DNA from: an uncultured Clostridia bacterium
GTDB taxonomy: Bacteria > Bacillota > Clostridia > Christensenellales > UBA1242
Direction of reading: 5' to 3'
Assembly (NCBI GenBank): GCA_944349805.1
Contig: CALVNP010000035.1
Location: forward strand, 1-32,000
DNA: 32,000 nucleotides
Below the pieces are notes generated by a model. The model made no database searches, was not told where the DNA came from, and saw only the letters and a program-made list of their open reading frames with translations. Position 1 is the first letter of the stretch; each line of letters starts with the position of its first letter. The position numbers and the translations under genes were made by a program. This document shows, piece by piece, positions 26,601 to 32,000 of this stretch.

Positions 26601-29600
26601 CAATATAGATATTAATGGTAAAGGTGCTATAATTAGGTATCAAAATACATTTGTTTTGTATAATTTTGTCCCAACATCTACAACTTTCTATCTTGATAGG
26701 GAAAATTTAACAATTTATGCTAATCAAAACATTTCAATTGCTTCAATGGGTAGTAGTGAAATTGAAAGTGGTGGTTTTTATTACTTAAATTCAGATTTTT
26801 CATATAGTAAAACCATTTCAAAATTAAACGAACCTACAAATGTTAGAATTGAAGATGGAATAATCAAATGGAATGGTGTGAGTGAAGCAAGTGGTTACTA
26901 TGTTTATGTTAATGGAAGCAAGTTATACACAAACAATATTTATGAAATATACACCAAAAATTCACTTGATTTGTCTGAATTTGGCTATGGCAGTTTGGAG
27001 GATAACAAAATATACTCGATAGGAGTTGTTGCAGTATGTCAGACAACGGACTATATTTCAAGTATGTGGAATGGTGGAGCTAATGATGTATCCGAAGAAA
27101 CATCATATTACATTGAAAATGTTGTACTTCCACACGCTCCTTTACAAATTGATATAATTGATGGTTCTTTGGTTTGGAATTCTGGATTAAGTGGATTAAA
27201 TGGAAGAGATATCAATTTGTTGACATTAGCAACATATCTTAACCAATTGTTAAATGAACCTATTTTACTATTGTATAATAGTGGTTCTTTAACTGATATG
27301 AAATTAAATTTTGGGTTGCCAACAATTGATTTGCAATTCACTAATATAAATAGTGGTGAAGTGTACCATACGACATTAAATTCCAATATAGGCTTTAATG
27401 CAACAGGGCAAATTGAAATCAATTTTGAATATTTGGATTTAATAAATGTTTCCGAAGAACAGGTTAACAAGTTAAAAGAATTAAAAAATGTATTGATTGA
27501 TAATTCTATTATGGCAGAGGACTCCATAGAGATTATAATTCTTGATAAAATGATTGAAATATTTGAAGAAAGATTGTCATTACAAGAAATAGGACTTCCA
27601 AACATTAATAAATTCATAGAAGAAATTAAGGAAAACAATAACATTCCTGCTGGTAAATATAATTTACAAATAAGACAAATTGGTGATACGGTTTTCTTGA
27701 ACTCTAATTATAATCAAGCAAAAGAAATTTATATTCCACAAGCTCCTAGCAATATTACAATAGAAGCGCCAACAACGATAGAATCAGAAAGACAATTCTA
27801 TCTTAGCTGGGATAATGTTACAATTGATAGTACTGTTGGATATACTGTTGAGCAAAAATATTTGGTTATTGTTGAAGATATTTATGGAGCTAGAAGGGTT
27901 GTTGCAAGAGTAAACGAAGATGTATCTAGTGAAAACAATAGAACAAGAATAAATTTAACTGACCTTGTCAATGACGATTTATTGACTCCAGATGATATCA
28001 AAATTTTTGTTGTTGTTGCAGGAGATAGCAACAAGACAATTTATGGTCGTATGTCCGATGTCCTTAATATTACGGTTTTGCCACAAGTTGAGTCTTATAT
28101 GGATAAGGGTTACCTATCTTGGAAAACAATACCATCTGCTTATGGAGTTCAAATTATTGCAGTGGGCGATACCCAAACTCTATCCACAACTGTTAAACTT
28201 TCTGACTATACCAGATGGGCAGGAGATGATTTGATTGCAAATATAAGTTATTCAACATCTATTAGAGCTGTGGGCGAAGTTTATGTTTCTACAAATAACG
28301 ATGGTGTAAAAACTTATGTTATTTCTGGTAAAAAGACTGAATTTACATTAAATAAGCTTAGTGCTCCAAGTGTTTCTGTTAACACAAAAGGAATATTTAT
28401 TTGGTTAGAAGTTGTTGGGAATGTAAGTGGTTACTTAATTGATGTGAACGGACAAGAAATAAGCTTAACTCCAACAACCACTCAATATGAAAGCACATTT
28501 GCTGGCTATAATAGATATCAGTTTAGAGCGCAAGGTGATACTTGTGATATTCAAGAGTTTAATACTTACTATTTAAGTTCACTTCCAAATAAACAAGATG
28601 GTAAAAGCTACTATGGTATTTATGGTTTTATGTTACCAGAAGTTACTGAGATTCAAATTGAAGAAGGTAAATTAAAGTGGAAAAAATTAGAATCGTTAAA
28701 CAATATAAACGAAATTGATGATAAGGAAAATTACAAGCAAAACATTATATATAAATTGATAATCGGCGAAAAAGTTATATATGTAGAACAAGACAGCTAC
28801 TTAAAAGATGATTATATAATATATGATAATTTCTCAGATTTAGAGTCTGGGACATACAATATGTCAATTCAAGCATTTGTTTATTGGAAACCAATAGATA
28901 GTATGGGAACATTACCTAACATTGTGTCTACATTAGAAAATTATTCACAAGGAATTAAGGATTATTATGCTCTTCTTGGAGAAAAGAGTTCTACTCAAAG
29001 TGGAGAAATAAGTAAGGCAAAAAGCATAACGAGTGGACTAAATGTTAATAATGTAATAGCAGTTGAAAACGGTATGCTTGTATGGGATTTTGTAACTGAA
29101 AGTTTAAATAACGGGGGCAAGAAACATCTAGATTATATATTGACCTTTGCATTGGACGAAAACTTTACATCAGGAATTATAACAACCAATGTAAGCTTTG
29201 ATGGAAATGAGTTATATGCAAAATGGTGGGATGAAGTTTTAGTTGAAGGTGTAAATTACTATGTTAAAATTAATGTTAATGGAAAAACAGAATATTTGAA
29301 TTCTTCATTTACTCCTTATGCAGATAATTCTCAAAGTCCTATTGTTTACAAAGTTACATCGCCTTTGAATTTCCAGAATATATTGTATGATGGCTACAAT
29401 AGTATCACACCAAAAGGTGATGAGATAAATGGAAATTCAATTGAAATAAAACTTAAAAAATCAGTTAATGTATTGTCTCCAACCTATAACATTGGTTTTG
29501 AAATTAGATATAGGGCAATTGGTAGTGATGATGAAACTCCTTGGAATTATTATGATTTCGGGAAATTGAACAATATGGTTTCAGATGACATAGTAGAATA

Positions 29601-31272
29601 TTCCTTGGATATATCCAAATTAGGTGGAGTTAATTCATTCGAATATCAAATTCAAATGACACTATTAGATAAAGATAATCAAAAATACTTAAAATCAAAT
29701 TGGTCGGAATTAGATACATTCAATACACCAACACAAGTTGAAGAAATTTATTATGACGAATCTACATATGAATTCTATTGGAAAGATGAAAAAATAGAAG
29801 ACACAGAAACTTATTATGGTTATATAATTTTAGATGAGTTGTTAAACGAAGATGGTTCAATCTTGGAAAGCTATAAGTATATAATACCAGCTGGTTCACA
29901 CTATTCACTTGATTATATAAAATCGTCTAATGGAACAAGATATGTTTACTATGCTCCATTTGAGATAGGCAACCATAGGATTTCAGTCAGAAAAACAGCA
30001 GATAATCAGGGTGCATTAATTTCTGCTCCAACTTATTATAGTGAAAATGGAGAAGAATTTACTGTTTATAATTTTGACTTGTTTGAAGTTGAAAATTTAT
30101 CTGGATTAAATCACGGTTCTGCAGAAAATCCATATTTAATTTCAGATTCAGAAGATTTTGCAAACATAAAAGCTAGACCAACAAAATACACATATATGAC
30201 TAGTTATACTGATAAGAATAATATAAGTAAAACTTCCGATTCTACTTATACATTTAGACAAAATAACGATATAACAATTACAATTAACAATTATTTCTTG
30301 TCAAAGTTTGATAATGTTTATGACGGAAATGAAAAAACTTTAAACTACACTATAATTAATACAAGTGCTAACGCAACCTTATTTAATAACATCGGAACAA
30401 ATGGTGTGTTTAAAAATACAAAAATTAATGTTACTTTGCAAGCTAATAGTGGAAGTGTAAACTTCGCAAGTATTGCATATCAGAATAATGGTTTAGTTTA
30501 TAATTGTTTAATTAATGGGTTAGGAATAACAGGAAATGCTTCATCAATAAATATTGCAGGTTTTGTATTTGAAAACTATGGCACAGTTCAAGGAGCAATT
30601 TTAAATGTTAATTTAGAATCTAACAAAATTAGCAATGCTTCTGGTATTGTAAACACTAATAATGGAATAATAACACAATGTGGAAATAATGGGAACATTA
30701 CAATAAATGGCTCAAATGCAACAAGGTTGGCAGGCATAGTGTTGTATAATAATAATAGTGTAAATGAATGCTACAACAAAGGAATCTTAACTTTAAGTTC
30801 AAATGTGGGTGAGGTTTATGCTGGGGGTATAAGTGCTCAAAATGGAGCAAACTCTTCAATTAATAATTCTTACAATACAGGAATTATACAAATTAATGGT
30901 TCACATAGTATTTTAGCAATAGGAGGTATTGTTGGAAATTCTTCAACTAATTCTATTGATAACTGTTATTCAACTCAAGTAATTATTTCAGAAATAAGTG
31001 CAAATCAAGGTGCAATAATTGGCAAATTAAATTCTGCTTCTTCAGGAAGAAATAATTATTATCTTGAAGGGTCATCTTATGCGATTGGAAACATCATAGA
31101 TACATCGTTTGCTCAATCTACCTCTGAAGGTGATATGAAAGATGTAGAATTCTACAAAAAATTAAATGAATCTTCTTATGTTTATGATGAAGATAATAGG
31201 AATAATGGATATCCAATCTTGCGATGGGAAAACAATGAAAATTTACTAATAAATATTCCTTCAAGTATCTAA
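20578..31272 (+). CDS. Giant (3,564 aa) surface lipoprotein: Big_2-like domain, about 30 FN3/Ig-like modules, C-terminal GLUG-type beta-helix domain
   Basis: Single uninterrupted ORF with a good RBS. Lipoprotein signal MKKFKVYLIASFCMLVGLILTAC. About 19 copies of the FN3-type strand motif (for example GEITWNEVAGASEYSVFV, VTVSWSAVEGASNYSVYV, GIIKWNGVSEASGYYVYV). Module ends have the form ...(K/R)L followed by xxP. The C-terminus has repeated A(G)G(I/L)V..N.G.I..CYN.G units and ends in NGYPILRWEN. Confidence 0.9.
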   Translation: MKKFKVYLIASFCMLVGLILTACGNVKVKFNENEITMSVGQELEPSAFLMLEGVEVKDVDFQSSNIDVVYITPQNTFVARGVGSCVIYANASGSYSQISVNVKGNPVNLSTPLGLMYSNGRLSWQEVIESVDDKLYVCDSYEIELIKDDETIVISNIVTNYYDINASGVYKARVRAVGNSNFIPSEFSEQIEFSAIFAVTNLNYDENTSSLVWTDDKNSSGTIYKIIKNGVYLDNKITKNDNVNYSFNINVAGGEPVSLQVVSVIAEKYEAKSDVLKLTKLNAITIQVLNGEITWNEVAGASEYSVFVENISTGVVDNILVDSTSYSVSGKSAGQYKVYVKAVSSSQDILQSDKSNELTVTKLPQANLSYNKTDKTFTVGNTSTYSPVIVIKNSSGEVQNLENGTYTFDKQDLDMYSICAYFKATTNEEINGDFSKTYNISQLGTATLNHFENENSNVITFDSILNANTYKVYVKQNDGQYTELATFEAGQNLSETFVIGQNLFSQAGYHTIKVEVINNGDDYSIYLSSEMTLEVERLENVQNVIVEDNLVSWDAVQNAEGYEYFFNVYGTDEIVGGVQKTTATSIAIPQTLSFGKYSLNVKALGNNENVLSSVDYSQSPQITIIEQLPSPELTFDKENNLLTLIPKDSIQGTTYKLEFYNPQGSLIFSETSLQNDRFEKNIQEFLTSAGVYRATAQAINVNPLVEYSPIYEIHIEKLEAPNYIKVANNVVGIGDSLNGIEGVLTTDPILVFVNGEKTSVLLNEEDEFNIEVCYQSAQFSIVEGIKTYFVNSDYSEFKVNRLSVPSNIKYDFINKKIVWDSVYGADAYGVYINGSLQSKVDTNEYVYETSNAFKFKIMSFANDNEKLGKASLGNVGYVSSRFSEDIVVEKANSVTGLKLDITEETICLSWNESEESGLIYLIYVDEDLVGQTDQNEFVLTSSFSEAKTYEISVISTSLNLLNSEKSSVQLQKLASPTQLTKQLMYDKYSLTLIEGAQSFSVDGVVLTELDLTNLTMNDGEVQKRVKFNAISSESIIDGHYYLSSEESVFTFKRLATPTNLTYKNGIVGFDEVINSTYIIEIEDDNGITTRTSETNSIDLSELTNEFTFKVKAVSKFGNLQANTDEITYLDSEFSDSYSVIKENSVSNLKLVKTLDGLKIEFKWNSKEQNTPNTPTFKIQIDGKYADGVISNDGNVYSFEFEEKFNEIKIYTISVQVVGENFLSSNEESIYVERINAPQSVCVIEGVVTVNNVPQNKIANILINGELQNSINLNTLSENSNQKISVQYIAPNFEDITDGHYYLDSFETVFMTYKLFTPTDLKVENGNLVWKQDAKASSYTVKVTNSTGEELIIENLTQPNLALSDEQLLNFVNEIGNYNVQVRYITDDIANLTAYVEEENSPIANISSNYSDVFVLTKLSDVGVLNVSTNDLDPEQKEVTVSWSAVEGASNYSVYVNDILINTITDNTIVLKSEVASSGNYTVSVRANANDKISSEMSYVSFKRLAKVNYASVDANANVTWEKLENYSYYLIMYIDSTSEIFYENVVETNNIDFSANENLLNFAGGYVYFKVLVKGDGTTTLSGDYYEFSALKLSAPKLVVKASMLTMEEQGIALQGSYSFSLTIEHNGKYALDNYGAEINNIVFNNGQSFSYPNSWDSGDYTFKARAVSNTINVISSNVSSVTKTRLETISNHKFIRETLSDEVKTTYHSDSAVEYLSDKIYIDFDASENATNYQLNIGGYTTTLQLSNSRIDIDNEIDARLNGKFTIYVTSLATDDSNFINSARYEITGTRLSALSYDDFKTNNGKVSWVDNQNGVSYYLIKISEDQNEPWGYWQSADSNVNSASLNGINEGTKSYNIKALGNITVDGVSENVVLDSQYLTQTKQFTKLAKPFVTVKNGFITLANRIEGASSYYAVIGENRYILGDYSSLTPDQNDFVGYNNDLANALQSNTLYSLQVQACGGNSEIYSDYSDAINVKFLSNANVDTNSIKLMLDPSGDLTKTKLVFNIDINGKGAIIRYQNTFVLYNFVPTSTTFYLDRENLTIYANQNISIASMGSSEIESGGFYYLNSDFSYSKTISKLNEPTNVRIEDGIIKWNGVSEASGYYVYVNGSKLYTNNIYEIYTKNSLDLSEFGYGSLEDNKIYSIGVVAVCQTTDYISSMWNGGANDVSEETSYYIENVVLPHAPLQIDIIDGSLVWNSGLSGLNGRDINLLTLATYLNQLLNEPILLLYNSGSLTDMKLNFGLPTIDLQFTNINSGEVYHTTLNSNIGFNATGQIEINFEYLDLINVSEEQVNKLKELKNVLIDNSIMAEDSIEIIILDKMIEIFEERLSLQEIGLPNINKFIEEIKENNNIPAGKYNLQIRQIGDTVFLNSNYNQAKEIYIPQAPSNITIEAPTTIESERQFYLSWDNVTIDSTVGYTVEQKYLVIVEDIYGARRVVARVNEDVSSENNRTRINLTDLVNDDLLTPDDIKIFVVVAGDSNKTIYGRMSDVLNITVLPQVESYMDKGYLSWKTIPSAYGVQIIAVGDTQTLSTTVKLSDYTRWAGDDLIANISYSTSIRAVGEVYVSTNNDGVKTYVISGKKTEFTLNKLSAPSVSVNTKGIFIWLEVVGNVSGYLIDVNGQEISLTPTTTQYESTFAGYNRYQFRAQGDTCDIQEFNTYYLSSLPNKQDGKSYYGIYGFMLPEVTEIQIEEGKLKWKKLESLNNINEIDDKENYKQNIIYKLIIGEKVIYVEQDSYLKDDYIIYDNFSDLESGTYNMSIQAFVYWKPIDSMGTLPNIVSTLENYSQGIKDYYALLGEKSSTQSGEISKAKSITSGLNVNNVIAVENGMLVWDFVTESLNNGGKKHLDYILTFALDENFTSGIITTNVSFDGNELYAKWWDEVLVEGVNYYVKINVNGKTEYLNSSFTPYADNSQSPIVYKVTSPLNFQNILYDGYNSITPKGDEINGNSIEIKLKKSVNVLSPTYNIGFEIRYRAIGSDDETPWNYYDFGKLNNMVSDDIVEYSLDISKLGGVNSFEYQIQMTLLDKDNQKYLKSNWSELDTFNTPTQVEEIYYDESTYEFYWKDEKIEDTETYYGYIILDELLNEDGSILESYKYIIPAGSHYSLDYIKSSNGTRYVYYAPFEIGNHRISVRKTADNQGALISAPTYYSENGEEFTVYNFDLFEVENLSGLNHGSAENPYLISDSEDFANIKARPTKYTYMTSYTDKNNISKTSDSTYTFRQNNDITITINNYFLSKFDNVYDGNEKTLNYTIINTSANATLFNNIGTNGVFKNTKINVTLQANSGSVNFASIAYQNNGLVYNCLINGLGITGNASSINIAGFVFENYGTVQGAILNVNLESNKISNASGIVNTNNGIITQCGNNGNITINGSNATRLAGIVLYNNNSVNECYNKGILTLSSNVGEVYAGGISAQNGANSSINNSYNTGIIQINGSHSILAIGGIVGNSSTNSIDNCYSTQVIISEISANQGAIIGKLNSASSGRNNYYLEGSSYAIGNIIDTSFAQSTSEGDMKDVEFYKKLNESSYVYDEDNRNNGYPILRWENNENLLINIPSSI
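20653..20889 (+). other. Big_2-like bacterial Ig domain at the membrane-proximal end
   Basis: ITMSVGQELEPSAFL...VDFQSSNIDVVYITPQNTFVARGVGSCVIYANASG...ISVNV follows the Big_2 pattern (l.vG....l......v.w.SSn..va.v...G.v.a...G.a.I.a). Confidence 0.5.
22732..25089 (+). repeat. Protein-level super-repeat: three consecutive copies of a three-module (about 255-270 aa) unit
   Basis: The units span 22732-23496, 23497-24279 and 24280-25089. Each unit has an NGE-type module, an NG..(W/F)-type module and an N/S-(S/D)V..L(K/N)(L/V)-type module. Two of the NGE-type modules end in DGHYYL.S.E.VF...KL.TPT.L. The copies are clearly related as protein but diverged at the DNA level. Confidence 0.6.
30088..31269 (+). 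other. C-terminal GLUG-motif / right-handed beta-helix type domain (about 393 aa)
   Basis: AENPYLISDSEDFANI, then FRQNNDITI...FDNVYDGNEKTLNYTIIN...LFNNIG..GVFKNTKINV. This is followed by about 7 repeats of roughly 22-25 aa (IAGFVFENYGTVQGA, ASGIVNTNNGIITQCGNNGNI, LAGIVLYNNNSVNECYNKGIL, AGGISAQNGANSSINNSYNTGII, IGGIVGNSSTNSIDNCYS). The terminal sequence is NGYPILRWEN. Confidence 0.7.
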
Positions 31273-31317
31273 GTTTTGAATGTTTTGGGTTAAAATTATA
31301 ATTGATTGAATAATATT

Positions 31318-31346
31318 ATGTTAGGGAGATTTTTCTCCCTTAACAT
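31318..31346 (+). terminator. Hairpin downstream of the giant gene (weak terminator candidate)
   Basis: AGGGAGA (31323-31329), a tttt loop, then TCTCCCT (31334-31340), extendable to ATGTT/AACAT with one bulge. No clear T-tail follows. Confidence 0.4.
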
Positions 31347-31363
31347 AATTATAAAGGGAAAAT

Positions 31364-32000
31364 ATGAAAAGAACATTTTTAATTGTTATAGCATTATGTT
31401 TATCTTTATTAACAGGGTGTGGTACTGTAGATTATCAACTTATCATCAACGGAAACGGAACAATAACAGAAAGATTATATCTTCCTGTTGATGAACAATT
31501 CTTTTTATCTTCAGGGGCTACACCTACACAATTTCTTGATTTAAGAAATGAAATTATGTTATTTTCTAAAAACGAATGCGAAAGTCAATTATTAACATTT
31601 TATCAAAAAGTTGAAAATGACAGTGATATAGAAAATAAAGAAGATTTTAAAAACGGCGTTAGTATAAAATACTATTATAACAGTGAATATTTTGTTGTCG
31701 AATACAATTTTAGTAGTTCAGAAATAAGGGATTATTTTTACAATATCGAAGAAAAAAGTGAAAGTGATGAAGAAAGTGTGAGTGATAATACAAAACAAGA
31801 GAATGGGTTTTTAATAAATAAAACAGTTATCACAACACAGACAAAGTTTGCAACAACATCTAACGGAGAATTGCTTGTAAAATACTATACAGAAAAGTTT
31901 TTACAAATTGTTTTAGAAAATGCACCAATTGTTTATAGTAAAATTCCAGAACCAGAGTTCACTTATAGTTATGTTACACCACAAAAAAAATTACATTCAG
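31364..32000 (+). CDS. Lipoprotein, unknown function (5' part; runs off the window)
   Basis: Not in the ORF track because it has no stop inside the window. The ATG at 31364 is preceded by AAAGGGAA. MKRTFLIVIALCLSLLTGCGT has a classical lipobox (LLTGC). My hand translation is open for 212 codons to the window edge. Confidence 0.75.
   Translation, partial: MKRTFLIVIALCLSLLTGCGTVDYQLIINGNGTITERLYLPVDEQFFLSSGATPTQFLDLRNEIMLFSKNECESQLLTFYQKVENDSDIENKEDFKNGVSIKYYYNSEYFVVEYNFSSSEIRDYFYNIEEKSESDEESVSDNTKQENGFLINKTVITTQTKFATTSNGELLVKYYTEKFLQIVLENAPIVYSKIPEPEFTYSYVTPQKKLHS

Noticed and set aside
27108-27644. 178-aa antisense ORF inside the giant gene
   Set aside because: It lies entirely within, and opposite to, a strongly supported coding frame. 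It has no RBS and a low-complexity Ser/Ile/Leu/Asn composition typical of antisense frames of AT-rich genes.
20383-31364. Giant gene as part of a mobile element or genomic island
   Set aside because: No integrase, transposase, flanking tRNA or direct repeats are visible. Composition looks the same as the surrounding housekeeping genes, so there is no sequence evidence for recent horizontal acquisition.
31306-31491. 61-aa ORF from the track (MNNIMLGRFFSLNII...)
   Set aside because: It overlaps the hairpin and, in another frame, the much longer lipoprotein ORF starting at 31364, which has an RBS and a lipobox.
1-32000. Alternative genetic code (UGA as Trp, Mollicutes-like), considered because of the very low GC content
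   Set aside because: TGA terminates several well-delimited genes, including hisS, mrnC, the 8672..9268 ORF, murE and murD, each at the expected protein length or in an ATGA overlap with the next gene. Trp is encoded by TGG in the conserved motifs I checked.

Overview
Visibly AT-rich, tightly packed chromosomal segment that looks Firmicutes-like. It shows standard code 11 usage, GGAGG-type ribosome binding sites, ATGA start/stop overlaps and a SigH sigma factor. About two thirds is housekeeping. There are three aminoacyl-tRNA synthetase genes: valS, a MetRS-like gene and hisS. There is a hisS-mrnC-orf-rlmB-sigH operon and a partial dcw block (murE-mraY-murD-ftsW). Also present are uvrC, a VanW-family protein, a uridine-kinase-family protein and an ArsR/SmtB regulator. 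I found no rRNA, tRNA, CRISPR array, transposase, integrase or recognisable defence gene. The remaining third (20578-31272) is one uninterrupted 10.7-kb gene for a 3,564-aa protein. It has an N-terminal lipoprotein signal (L-T-A-C), one Big_2-like domain, about 30 highly diverged FN3/Ig-like modules and a C-terminal GLUG-type beta-helix head. The modules include a thrice-repeated three-module super-repeat. A second lipoprotein gene follows it. This is the most striking feature of the window. Other points worth a second look: (1) a dense DnaA-box cluster in the divergent metRS-like/hisS promoter region; (2) a strongly RBS-driven 65-aa peptide ending in (Gly-Cys)5, encoded by a hexanucleotide repeat and divergent from the ArsR/SmtB regulator; (3) a MetRS-like enzyme whose KMSKS position reads KASSS; (4) an ORF between mrnC and rlmB split by a one-base homopolymer frameshift; (5) an apparently leaderless uvrC; (6) no T-box leader on any of the three synthetase genes. 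All family assignments come from reading motifs by eye and no database search was possible.
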